Shown one piece after another: positions 1 to 10,884 of a stretch of 64,000 nucleotides of DNA. A program made the position numbers and the translations under genes. The stretch covers positions 191,456,001-191,520,000 of the forward strand of contig JBNRSN020000008.1 of NCBI GenBank assembly GCA_051313645.2, given 5' to 3'. The number at the start of each line of letters is the position of its first letter. The first letter of the stretch is position 1. Origin of the DNA: Centroscyllium fabricii (taxonomy: Eukaryota). Below the pieces are notes generated by a model. That model saw nothing but the letters and a program-made list of their open reading frames with translations, did no database searches and had not been told where the DNA came from.

Positions 1-158
1 GGGGGCGCTAGAGCTCGTCTCAGTATCCCCTGTGCTGGGGCGTGCCCACAATCTGCCACAATCCACAAGACTTCCAGTGAGTCTTACTGGACATCTGATC
101 ATATAAATGTCAAGGAAAATAGCCGGCTGATACACCGTCTAGACTAATGTGAAGGGCA

Positions 159-215
159 GGCAGTTGGGTGGGCTATGGGGAGGGCAGTTGGGTGGGCTAT
201 GGGGAGGGCAGTTGG
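159..215. repeat. Short tandem repeat, 24-bp unit, about 2.4 copies
   Basis: GGCAGTTGGGTGGGCTATGGGGAG starts at 159 and 183, with a partial copy at 207. Confidence 0.85.
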
Positions 216-384
216 CAACAGTCGAACCTTAGCCCAGCAGGAGTCTGTGTTCTCAGGAGAGATGGGGTGAAAATTGGTGTAAATAAATCATGCAACAATG
301 GAAGGCGTTGCATACCAAATTAAGGCTTCCCAACACCCACTCGTCTTAGTCGAGAAACCCAGTTGGAACCGCCATGCTTTATGG

Positions 385-639
385 CAGGGGTCCCCAACCT
401 TTTTTGGACCGCGGACCATTTTGGGCTTGTCAATTTTTTCCACGGACCGGGGGGGGGGGGGGGGGGGTTGCTGGCGGAGTTTTTTTGAATGACTGGGGGG
501 TGGGGGGGGGGGGGGGGTGTCTTCCGTCTGTGCCTCGTTGAATGTCTTCCGTCGGCGAATGATCTGCGCATGCGCCGAGGCGCAGACCCTTCCGCGGCCC
601 GGTAAAAATGTCCCGCGGACCGGCGGTTGGGGACCGCTG
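385..639. mobile_element. hAT (Charlie-like) MITE
   Basis: TIRs CAGGGGTCCCCAACC...GGTTGGGGACCGCTG. Perfect 8-bp TSD CTTTATGG at 377-384 and 640-647; 8-bp TSDs are diagnostic of hAT. Confidence 0.9.
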
Positions 640-1221
640 CTTTATGGAGACAAACTGAGGTCTTTCAGGGCCAAAGGAGGCCATTCGCTCACTCAGCCAT
701 CGAGTCACGATTACCCATTTCAGTGCAGCTCCATTCAGCCCTTAGTACATCCAAAGCCATTCCACCTCCAGTTATCTTGGCAGCAGATGGTATACAAAGT
801 TAAAAGCAAAAAAATGCTGGTGCGATTCAGAGTAAAGCAACATGGAGGAACTTCGCATTGATTTTAAGTTTCACCTCCTTGGAATTCAAGATGTTTGGTT
901 TTTGGCATCCCCGTTACTGACAGCTGTTTGATCACTCCGAGAATTGATTAATTGCCGATGGCAGTGCTGCTGGTTTCTGGGAAACTTCACCTGCAGAGGT
1001 AACATCCATGTTTACCTCATGGGCCATAATTCTGAGCCAAGGTTCAGTCGAATCAAAAATTTGAACCAAGGATCACTTTTCTACAGTAGGTATTCTTGAA
1101 ACTGGATCAGCAGCTTTCTATGCCAGCTTAACCCAGTAGCACTCTTTACGTCAGATCGCAAGGTTGTCGCATCAAGGCCCGTACCTGGATATGAGCTCAA
1201 TCTAAACGAGCACCTGTACTT

Positions 1222-1822
1222 CGTATGGCTGGTGTAGCTGTAGAGCAACAGCTAAAATGTTACATTTAGGTGGTTAAGCCGGATAATTTCGTCAGGAGTA
1301 GCGGAGTTTATTGTTGTGATGCCTCCTTCATATTTGTGAATTGCTTATTGAGTTGTTGTACGTTCCACGGTCTGTTCTGGGTGACCAGTCATACACTGGA
1401 GAGTATTTAATTCTCCATTTGTGCATCGAGTGTCCGCATCTGCCATGGTTTGTACAGATGCGGTTTAGGGTTTGTTTGTGATTTCTTGTGAAGTCCATTT
1501 AGCTTTCCAAGCATCATCAGGGTTGAAGTCACATTGTCGAAGGTTAAGTGCCTGGGTCCAAAAGGGCCTGTGCGACTTCGAGCGGTGGTGAGGTATGCTG
1601 TTGAGAGCCTGGTGGATGGGGAGGCGTTTGTTTTCCATGATTCGCTGAACTTCCCGGAGGGTTGCGGTATCGCGGCGAATGGATGGGGGAGCGATGTGCA
1701 ACAGCACGGGCAGACAGGGTGCTAGGGTCGACTTCAGGGTTCCAGTGATTCACAGCATTGCAGTGTTCAGCTGGACATCAACAAGTCGAGTGTGGCTACT
1801 TCTGGTCCAAACTGGTGCATAG
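1222..1822 (-). mobile_element. Decayed 3' part of an I-group (Ingi/Vingi-like) non-LTR retrotransposon
   Basis: Minus-strand translation across stops and frameshifts gives APVWTRSSHTRLVDVQLNTAM..ITGTLKST..LPVLLHIAPPSIRR and LNRICTNHGRCGHSMHKWRIK..D(C)GHPEQTVE, typical post-RT and C-terminal Cys/His motifs. The clade assignment is from memory of these motifs. Confidence 0.65.
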
Positions 1823-1991
1823 TGTATGTCTATGGAGTGCACAAGGACCATCGCGGAGGTACTGAAGGAGGTACTCTACGTTGTCAGAGGTGCCACCCTT
1901 TGGATGATTCATTAAGCTGATGTCCCATCTGCCTGCTCGGGTGGACCTTAAAGATTCCATGGCACAATTCAAAGAAGACAAGGATGTTCTC

Positions 1992-2127
1992 CTGACGAAA
2001 GGTCATCAACCTGAAACGTTAACTCTGTTTCTCTCTTCACAGATGCTGCCTGACCTGCTGAGTATCTCCAGCATTTTGTGTTTTTATTTCAGATTTCCAG
2101 CACCTATAGTATTTTCTTTTATATTAG
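1992..2127 (+). mobile_element. Penelope-like element 3' remnant starting at a hammerhead core
   Basis: CTGACGAAAGGTCATCAACCTGAAACGTTAACTC...GATGCTGCCTGACCTGCTGAG matches the copy at 19611-19740. Flanking duplication TGTTCTCCTG at 1985-1994 and 2128-2137. Confidence 0.75.
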
Positions 2128-2280
2128 TGTTCTCCTGGTGTCCTGGCCAACATTTCTCCCTCAACCAACAGTGCCAAAAATAGATCAACTATCACTGATC
2201 CCATTGCTATTTGTGGGTCTTTGCTGGTGTAGAATGACTGCTGTGTTTGTCTATATAATACTCACTGCTCTCCAAGTAAT

Positions 2281-2616
2281 GGAGCTGATGTCCCTCAGCT
2301 GAGGTGTGATGTGAAACAACTGGAGAGACCACATTGTTATCTCTCTCTATATATGCTATGTTTAAATGAAACACTTAAAATATGTTAATAAGCCTTTGTG
2401 TGTCTATCTCTACTGAGGTGAGATGTGGGAGATATCGGATTTCTTCCTTCATCACATATGTGCGTTCTTTAAGTCAGTCTCTCTCTTTCACCTTGACGAA
2501 GGAGCAGCGCTCCGAAAGCTTGTGATTTAAAATAAAACTGTTGGACTATAATCTGTTGTTGTGTGACTTCTTGCATTTGTCCACCCCAGTCCAACACCAG
2601 CACCTCCACATTATGG
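2281..2616 (+). mobile_element. Penelope-like pLTR remnant, second family
   Basis: Same sequence family as 40768-40925. 11-bp TSD CTCCAAGTAAT at 2270-2280 and 2617-2627. Confidence 0.75.
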
Positions 2617-2649
2617 CTCCAAGTAATTCAGTGAAGTGTTGAGACTTTT

Positions 2650-2943
2650 CATAGAATCATAGAATCTCTACAGTGCAGATAGAGGCCATTTCGGCCTTTC
2701 GAACCTGCATCGACACACATCACACCCTATCCCCGCAACCCCACATATTTAATCCCCCCAACACTAAGGGTCAATTTATTCTGGCCAATCAACCTAACCC
2801 GCACATCATTGGACTGTGGGAGGAAACCGGAGCACCCGGAGGAAACCCACGCAGACACGGGGAGAATGTGCAAACTCCACACAGACAGTACCCGAGGCCG
2901 GATTTGAACCCGGGCCCCTGGCTCTGTTAGGCAACAGTGCTAA
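2650..2943 (-). mobile_element. HE1-like V-SINE, short-tail form, 5' truncated
   Basis: Reverse complement of the V-domain (GGGTTTCCTCCGGGTGCTCCGGTTTCCTCCCACAGTCC) and an ATTCTATG tail. Confidence 0.85.
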
Positions 2944-3235
2944 TGGACATGATAATGCAGGATATAAATGCAATTTTATTTTTCTATCATTCTATTGTGT
3001 AGTAAGCATACCTAAGCCAGACTGCGGTTCTTTGACTATTTTAAATTGATGGCCTCTCAATCACTAACTCCCAATCAGAGGAAATAGCCTTTCCCTATTC
3101 AATTAAAACCCTTCATAATTTAAAAAAACCACCTCTGAACCTTCTGTGCTCCAATAAGGCTAAAGCAGCTGCACCAGTGGTAGAGTGGGGAGCAAGGAGT
3201 AGGCTGGTGTTGGAGCACCGGAGGGCAGCGACAAA

Positions 3236-3376
3236 GGGGGCAATTTTAACCTGATGGGATCGGGTGCAACACCAGCACCTGATTTTACTCTCCAGGGAAG
3301 TCAAGATAGAGTAATATTGGGCGTGGTGTAAAAGCGGCGTTCCACCCAACCCGCGAGTTCGGTTAAAATTGCTACC
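3236..3376. mobile_element. Small palindromic MITE (PIF/Harbinger-like)
   Basis: TIRs GGGGGCAATTTTAACC / GGTTAAAATTGCTACC, with AAA on both sides (3-bp TSD). Confidence 0.6.
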
Positions 3377-3379
3377 AAA

Positions 3380-3650
3380 GAGTTGGAGGAAATTGTCGAG
3401 AGGGGAAAAGGTCATGGACGGATTTGTAGATGAGGACAAGGATCTTCAAGCCAATTCTCTGGGAGAAGTGCAGCCTAGCAAGGACTTAGCGGACAGGTGC
3501 ACAGAGCTTTGTGTGTATGAAACACGAGCAGTAATGCTCTGGACGGCTTGTAGTTTATGGAAGGTGGAGCCAGGAAGGCGAGCAAGGAGAGCACTGGAGA
3601 AATCAGTAACCATGTGATAAAGGCATGGATAAGGGTTTCAGCATCAAAAG
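3380..3650 (-). mobile_element. Old L2 LINE fragment
   Basis: Degenerate similarity to the L2 fragments at 45.9-46.1 kb and 56.3-56.55 kb. Confidence 0.5.
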
Positions 3651-3661
3651 GGGAGAGATAG

Positions 3662-4385
3662 ATGCCTATATTCTCTGGAGTTTAGAATACGGGGCGGCAC
3701 GGTGGCACAGTGGTTAGCACTGTTGTCTCACAGCACTGGAGACCCGGGTTCAAATCCAGCCTCGGGTACTATCTGTGTGGAGTTTGCACATTCTCCCCGT
3801 GTCTGCGTGGGTTTCCTCCGGGTGCTCCGGTTTCCTCCCACAGTCCAAAGATGTGCGGGTTAGGTTGATTGGCCATGATAAATTGATCCTTAGTGTCAGG
3901 GGGATTGAATATGTGGGGTTACGGGGATAGGGTGGGATATGTGTCGATGCAGGCTCGATAGGGATATGGGGAGAGGGTAGGGGCGGGGTACTGGGTTTGG
4001 ATGATCAGCCATGATCTCATTGAATGGCGGAGCAGGCTCGAAGTGCCGAATGACCTACTCCTCCTCCTAGTTTCTATGTTTAGAAGAATGAGAAGTGATC
4101 TCATTGAAATGTATAAAATTCTTAAGGGACTTGACACGGTAGATACAGGGAGGATGTTTCCCCTGGCTGGAGAGTCTAGAACCAGGGGTCACAGTCTCAG
4201 GATAGGGGGTCGGCTATTTAGGACTGAGATGAGGAGACATTTCTTCACTCAGAGGGTGGTGAATCGTGGGAATTCTATACCCGAGGGCTGTGGAGGCTCA
4301 GTCATTGAGTATATCAGCCATGATCTTACTGAATGGCGGATCAGGCTCGAAAAGCCTACTCCTGCTCATATTTCTTATGTTCTCA
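3662..4385 (+). mobile_element. CR1 LINE 3' fragment interrupted by a V-SINE
   Basis: Encodes RRMRSDLIEMYKILKGLD..TRGHSLRI..RHFFTQRVVN, the CR1 ORF2 C-terminus. GTTTAGAA is duplicated around the SINE. Confidence 0.85.
3691..4078 (+). mobile_element. HE1-like V-SINE, long-tail form
   Basis: tRNA-like head (TGGCACAGTGG A box, GGTTCAAATCC B box), V-domain and CR1-derived tail. Confidence 0.92.
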
Positions 4386-4667
4386 TCAGGGAGGAGTAGA
4401 GGGAAAAGAAAGCAGTCTTGGTGGCCAATTGGATTTGGAGAAGGAACCCGAGTTGAGCAGATAGCTCATAGGCTGGAGACATGTCGGTGTTTGTGGGAGC
4501 CAAAGAAAATGATTTTAGTTTTGCTGGGACTGCGCTGGAGTAATTGAAGGATCATCCAGACCCGAATGTTGGTTAGGCAGCTGGACAGTGGCAAAAGTCA
4601 TGGGGTTGATGGGCGGGTTGGAAAGGTAGAACGGAGCGCAATTGATATACATGTGGAATTGTCCCTC

Positions 4668-5082
4668 GGGCGGCATGGTGGCACAGTGGTTAGCACTGCT
4701 GTCTCACAGCACTTAGCACTGCTGTCTCACAGCACTGGAGACCCGGGTTCAAATCCAGCCTCGGGTACTATCTGTGTGGAGTTTGCATTCTCCCCGTGTC
4801 TGCGTGGGTTTCCTCTGGGTGCTCCGGTTTCCTCCCACAGTCCAAAGATGTGCGGGTTAGGTTGATTGGCCAGGATAAATTGACCCTTAGTGTTAGGGGG
4901 ATTGAATATGTGGGGTTACGGGGGTAGGGTGGGATATGTGACTTGATAGGAATCGAGGGATATGGGGAGAGGGCAGGGACAGGGTACTGGGTTTGGATGA
5001 TCAGCCATGATCTCATTGAATGGCGGAGCAGGCTCGAAGAGCCGAATGGCCTACTCCTGCTCCTATCTTCTATGTTTCTATG
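4668..5082 (+). mobile_element. HE1-like V-SINE, long-tail form, with an internal head duplication
   Basis: Same structure as 3691-4078; TTAGCACTGCTGTCTCACAGCAC is tandemly duplicated. Confidence 0.92.
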
Positions 5083-5520
5083 TCCCCCATGCTTCTAGAT
5101 TACGTTATCAAGGTGCAGCCTGTAAATGATGAAGGAAAAGGCATGTACTCCATCATACACCATGGGAGGAGAATCCACCTGAGGTGATGTAGTGTAGACA
5201 ATGCGACAGGTAAGGACACAACCATGAGAGGGCAATGCCAAGGAAGTGGATTGTTGAGGGGTGATGTGCGAGAAGGAGTGGTTGACGGTGCGGACAGCAA
5301 CAGTGAGGAGACAGTGAGCCAGTGTCACGTAGGATGATGCTGGTAACTTGGACCAGTATAGTGCAGGTAATTGAATGGGAGGAATCAGAGGAGGCAGCAG
5401 AAGCAGACACCCTCAAATTTTAACAGTTATGTCCCTCTAGGCGGCCCCTCTCATGGCTGAAAAGTCTAGCCTTTCCTCATTACGTGTGCCTCTGATGCTG
5501 GGTATCAGCATCAGAACCCT

Positions 5521-6012
5521 TCATAGAATCAGAGAATCTTACAGCACAGAGGAAAGCCATTCAGCCCATTGTGCCTATGCCGGCTCTTTGAAAGCAGCCC
5601 AATTTAGTCCCACACCCTAGCTTTTTTCCTCATAACCTTGCAAATGAGTCCTCTTCAAGTCCATGTCCAATTGCCTTTTGAAAGTTACTGTGGAATCTGA
5701 GTCCACCACTCTTCCAGGTAGTGCACTCCAGATCTGAACAACCCGCTGTGTGAAGAAATTTCTCCTCATTTCCCCTCTAGCTCTCGTCAATTATTTTAAA
5801 TCTATGACCTCTGGTTGACGACCTACTTGCCAGAGGAAATAGTTTCTCGCTACTTGCTCTATCAAACACCTCATAATTTCGAATACCTCCATTAGGTCTC
5901 CCCTTAACCTTCTCTGTTCCAAAGAGAACCCTTCTACGCACCAGTTCCAGGGCTTGCCTATTTCCCTTGATGACCAGAAACGAGTACAGTACTCATGATG
6001 TAGCCTGACCAC
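5521..6012 (-). mobile_element. CR1 LINE 3' fragment
   Basis: ORF 5791..6012 contains FSLEQRRLRGDLMEVFEIMR; CR1 tail present. Confidence 0.8.
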
Positions 6013-6636
6013 AGCTTCAGCACAATAACCTCAGACTTGCATCCTGTACCTCAAAACGCCTTTGATAAGCTACTGTATAGTAGACTTGGGACTAAGGTCA
6101 GAGCATGTGGAGTCGGGGTCAAGTAGCAAGAGTGGATAGCAAGCTGGCTACAAAACAGAGGGTGGGGTTAAAGGGAGTTACAGACTGGCGGAAGGTGGGA
6201 AGTGGTGTTCCACAAGGGTCGGTACTGTTGTTCACCATTTATGTAAATAATTTTGGTTCAGGAATCGGAAGTACAATATCAACATTTGCATATGACAGCA
6301 AATTGGTGAATACTGAGGAGAACTGTGAAAACATACCAGATGTTAACAAGCTTGCAGAATGGCCGTGTAATTGACAAACTCGTTTTAAAATAGATAAGTG
6401 TGAGGTAGTGCATTTTGGCAGGAGGAATAAGGAGGTCACACTGCATGGAAAATAAAAGTCTAAATGTGGTCGAGGAGCAAAGGTGTCTGGGGTCCAGATA
6501 CACAAATCATTAAAAGTCGCAATGCAGGTTAATAAGGCCACAAAAAAGTAAAGCAAGCACTGGGTTTCATTTCCAGAGGAATTCAAAAACGCAGAAGTTA
6601 TGTAAAATTTATATTAGTTTAAACTTGGTTAGACCA

Positions 6637-6895
6637 TGATGCACGATCAATTACCACGAGTCGACGAAGTAAAGTAACTGAGGCTTTTATTAGCAAAGAA
6701 CTGGAGTACAGGTCTTGTCACTATCTGGTCCTGGAATGCCACGAGGTCAGCAGGGCTGCCACCTTTATACAGCCGTCTGTGGGTGGAGCCAGGAGGCGGA
6801 GCCGGCTGAGGCATCCCAGGTGGGCAAGAGGTCACTATGTACAATACAGAGACTATGTACAACACAGCAGTATTAGTGGTAAATGGTTTACCACA
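6637..6895 (-). mobile_element. Solo LTR, 259 bp
   Basis: TG...CA ends and 5-bp TSD GACCA (6632-6636 and 6896-6900). TATA-like and AATAAA motifs on the minus strand. Splits the CR1 LVRPHL codons. Confidence 0.85.
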
Positions 6896-7255
6896 GACCA
6901 CACTTAATACTGTGCACAGTTCTGGTCGCCATATTACAAAAAGGACATCGAAGCACTGGAGTAAAAGATTCACAAGTTTGATACCAGAACTGAGAGGATA
7001 CATCTATCAGGAAAGTCTAAACAGGTTCGGGCTGAGAGGTGACTTGATAGAGTTCTTTAAAGTTATGAAGGGGTTTGCTAGGGTAGACATATGAAAGATG
7101 TTTCCACATGTGGGGTAGACCAGAACTCGGGGCTATAAATATAAGATAATCCAATGAGGAATTTAGGAGAAACTTCTTAACTCAGAGTGATGAGAATGTG
7201 GAACTTGCTACCACAAGGAGTAGTTGAGGCGAATAGCATAGATGTATTTAAGATT

Positions 7256-7640
7256 GGGGTGGCACGGTTGCATAGTGGTTAGCACTGTTGCCTTACAGCA
7301 CTGGAGACCTGGGTTCAAATCCAGCCTCGGGTACTATCTGTGTGGAGTTTGCACATTCTCCCCGTGTCTGCGTCGGTTTCCTCCCACAGTCCAAAGATGT
7401 GCGGGTTAGGTTAATTGGCCATGATAAATTGACCCTTAGTGTTAGTGGGATTGAATATGTGGGGTTACGGGGATAGGGTGGGATATGTGTCGGTGCAGGT
7501 TCGATAGGGATCGAGGGATATGGGGACAAGGCAGGGACAGGGTGCTGGGTTTGGATGATCAGCCATGATCTCATTGAATGGCGGAGCAGGCTCGAAGGGC
7601 CGAATGGCCTACTCCTGCTCCTATCTTCTATGTTTCTATG
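7256..7640 (+). mobile_element. HE1-like V-SINE, long-tail form
   Basis: Head, V-domain and tail as in the other copies. Confidence 0.92.
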
Positions 7641-8878
7641 TGATGCTGGATAAACACATGAGGGGGGAGAGAATAGGATATGTTGATGGAATGAGATGAA
7701 GTAAACACAGTGGGAGAAGGCTTGTGTGGAGCATAATTGGACTGTTCCTGTGCTGTAAATTCTATCTATGACCATTCAGAGCTGATCTGACGAGATGATT
7801 CTAGTTTTAATTCCCAGTCTGTGTTGAGTTAGCCGATTTCAGCAGAGGCATCAAAAGTGGGTCAAGAGAGGGGACAATCTGCCCGGCTTACTGATGGTCA
7901 CCAAGTGACCCTGAATGAATTTTGACCCGCGTGGACCTATCAGGCATGGCTGTGATTTCTGTCCCCACCCAAGTGTCAAATAACCTGCCACTACTTCAAT
8001 GTCCAGACTCTCACATGTAAGATGGGCAATTGGGCATTGTACGAGAGGGTGAGCAACCTGTGAAAAATATACTCAGTAACCAACTAACATCTTCAGGGGA
8101 AGCGAAGGAGAGAGAAGTTGTGGGAGGGGAGCGGTGAAAAGAAAGAGGCCAAAGTTCACAAAAATACAAGTTTATTTAATGCGTGTTGGACAAGACTGCT
8201 GCATATGTTACATATTTATGAATTAAGATGATCAGAGGAGCAGATGTTGCAATGGGCTGCTGGAACTTTCAACTTCGTGGCTTGTTACCTAGTGAATAAT
8301 TAGCGGAGCGAAGGGGGGGCTGGATATTGTTTCAGTTGAACACTGCCTGGAATAGCTCAAAATAAATTACAGAAACACAGATCTCGTGTACAAGATCAAA
8401 TCCAACAGTACTCACACATCTGGGGAACCGCAGCTATGCAGATGAGACGGTCCCATCAGGAACCATGCTAGTGGTTTTCATTACTTTTCAGAGGCATGTT
8501 ACCGGGTCAATTTCAGGGGGGGGGGGGAAAGAAAGAGAGTATTCCCCTAACTTGACTCAATCAGTCTAGAATTTACCACACCTTTCCACAATTGATTGTC
8601 AATTCAACTTTCATTAAAATACTTTTAAAAAATCTTGTGGGGAATTAATACCAGATTTGAAAACTCCTGGCTTAGATGGTCCAAACTAATTTTACTAAGG
8701 ACTCTTCATGGCAGAGATTTTGCAGCCAGTGGTGAAGGAATGGCGTGCATGGGCTTTTGCGCAGAAACGTTGGGTTACGAGAGATCCTCCACCGAGGGTC
8801 TGTGGCATGTGTGAGCAGCAGAAGCAACGGAGTTGCTCTTCAATCAAGCAGACTGAAGAATCCTGGTGGAGACACGCA

Positions 8879-9404
8879 GGCCCCGATATTTACAGGGCCA
8901 TGCGTGCGGAGTGGGGCGGGGAGGAGTTATGGACGGGAAACCCGGAAGTACAAGTTACCTGAACTTTGAGTTTTTTCTCCAGGTTTCCCACCCGACAGGC
9001 AGACTAAGTGACTTGCTGCTTCTTTGGGCAGTGCAGGAGTGCTGCCGCCGCAGTGCACTGCCAGGCTCTCTCAGGGCGACAGGAATCCCACTGGTTGACC
9101 ACCAAGCATGCGAAATGAACCCCTGCAGAGGAAAATAGGTTGGTTGGTCGGGAGGGGGCGGGCGGACAGAGTTCTGGGGAGGGGGGGGGGGGGGAACTCA
9201 GAGGAGGGTGGGCGGAGCTCAGAGGGGGGCGGGCGGAGCTCAGAGGAGGGCGGGCGGAGCTCAGTGGGGGGGCGGGCGGAGCTCAGTGGGGGGGCGGGCG
9301 GAGCTCAGTGGGGGGGCGGGCGGAGCTCAGTGGGGGGGCGGGCGGAGCTCAGTGGGGGGGCAGGTGGAGACAGTGGGGGCGGGCGGGGGCGGAAGTCCTG
9401 GCCC
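8879..9404. mobile_element. GC-rich Harbinger-type non-autonomous element (putative)
   Basis: Ends GGCCCCGATATTTAC...GGAAGTCCTGGCCC resemble the ends of the 17595 and 46272 elements; TSD not clear. Confidence 0.45.
9194..9361. repeat. G-rich minisatellite, about 22-bp unit (GGGCGGGCGGAGCTCAGTGGGG), about 7 copies
   Basis: Tandem units directly visible. Confidence 0.9.
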
Positions 9405-9461
9405 ATCGGAATGCCAGCCAGTGATGTCACTGAGCAGCAGCGTGTAAGTGAGGAACAGGAT

Positions 9462-9780
9462 GGGCGGCACGGTGGCATAGTGGTTAGCACTGTTGCCTCA
9501 CAGCACTGGAGACCTGGGTTCAAATCCAGCCTCGGGTGACTATCTGTGTAGAGTTTGCACATTCTCCCCGTGTCTGCGTGGGTTTCCTCCGGGTGCTCCG
9601 GTTTCCTCCCACAGTCCAAAGATGTGCGGGTTAGGTTGATTGGCCAGGATAAATTGACCCTTAGTGTTAGGGGGATTAAATATGTGGGGTTACAGGGATA
9701 GGGTGGGATATGTGTCGGTGCAGGCTCGATGGGCCGAAATGGCCTCTATCTGCACTGTAGGGATTCTATGATTCTATGAT
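9462..9780 (+). mobile_element. HE1-like V-SINE, short-tail form
   Basis: Ends GGGCCGAAATGGCCTCTATCTGCACTGTAGGGATTCTATGATTCTATG. Confidence 0.92.
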
Positions 9781-10884
9781 CTGCGTGGAATGCCAGGGAG
9801 CACTTCCAGGGGAGGGGAACCAGTGAGTGTAGAATTGAACACAGCCAGAGTCAGCACTTTCAGCGGACAGGAGAGTGTGGGATCCAATGAGTGAAGCTCT
9901 GTTAAGTGCCAGAGGTGAGCATGTGGAAAGACATACACACGTAAGCATTTTAGATTATACACATTTAAATTCATCTTTCTGCACAGTGCATAAGAATCCT
10001 CCAAGGTATCTACAACCGCAGTTACAAACAAACTTATGGTTGTTCTTTAATGATTTACTAGTGGGTAACAGTGCTCTTCATCCAGCTCCTTGAGGAAGCC
10101 ATCAGTCAGCAAAATTTTATGAAGAATACTGCTTCATGTATATTGATTGGAGTTTACGGTGCAAGGTATTAAGATTCGAGATTGACGAACCTACAAATAT
10201 ACGACAATGGTCTTCGCCCGCAGTGTAGCAGTCCCTGCTGCTGTCTCACAGGACTGTGTTGGGAGTATCCAATAAATGATGCAGGAGCCTTAAATTAGAG
10301 ATGCAGCTCTATACCGTGGTAGAGCGACTGGCAAGGTCAGTCTCCAGAAGGCTGTGCTGAGTATTCCGGGATTACAGTGACCAACACTGTTAAAGTCAGA
10401 CAGCCACTTAAACCTGGAGGGCCCAGGGGCTGCATTGGAGACCGGCTGTGAAGAGAACAAAGGAGCAGGTGCACCAGACAGTCTGGGGCATCGCGCCGTC
10501 GTGTACTGACGCCCAACCAGAGGGCTGAGGTGGAGTCCAATGTCCCCTCTAATTTTATTTTGTACTGAGCAGGCCATGTACTCCTTTGAGCGCCACCATT
10601 GTGTCTGTGGGCAAATTTTGCAACAACTTTTACAACAAGAACCACTTAAAAGCATGTATACAGTAATGCCATATTGCCACCCCACCGTCTCAAACCATGA
10701 GACAATCAGACAAACTCTTAAAAATCAGGTGAGCCTTTATTTAGTGGGAGCATTCTTCCCCCCCACCACTCAGTTAAAAAGTGAAGCGTTCGAGCCCCAC
10801 TGAAGAAAACCCCGGCGATTGAAGTCTAGAATATGGTCTCTAAATACGGAGTTGACTTCCTGCGGGATGCTCAAGTCCAGGTTG

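Larger units (their letters stand above)
1830..2649 (+). mobile_element. Diverged Deu-SINE (SacSINE1-like) interrupted by two Penelope-like insertions
   Basis: Similar to the copy at 58076-58500 (GTCAGAGGTGCC..., GATTCCATGGCAC..., GGTGTCCTGGCCAACATTT). Confidence 0.6.
6050..7770 (+). mobile_element. CR1 LINE RT/3' fragment, decayed, interrupted by a solo LTR and a V-SINE
   Basis: SGVPQGSVL, STFAYDSKL (degenerate FADD), LVRPHL..VHSSG, RGDLIEFFKVMKGF. Confidence 0.85.

Noticed and set aside
3691-3765. tRNA genes at SINE heads (A and B boxes)
   Set aside because: They run into the V-domain and LINE tail in many copies, so they are SINE promoters rather than tRNA genes
7293-7775. Recurrent ORFs such as RSWLIIQTQ...LTRTSLDCGRKPEHPEETHADTG
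   Set aside because: These are antisense translations of V-SINE copies
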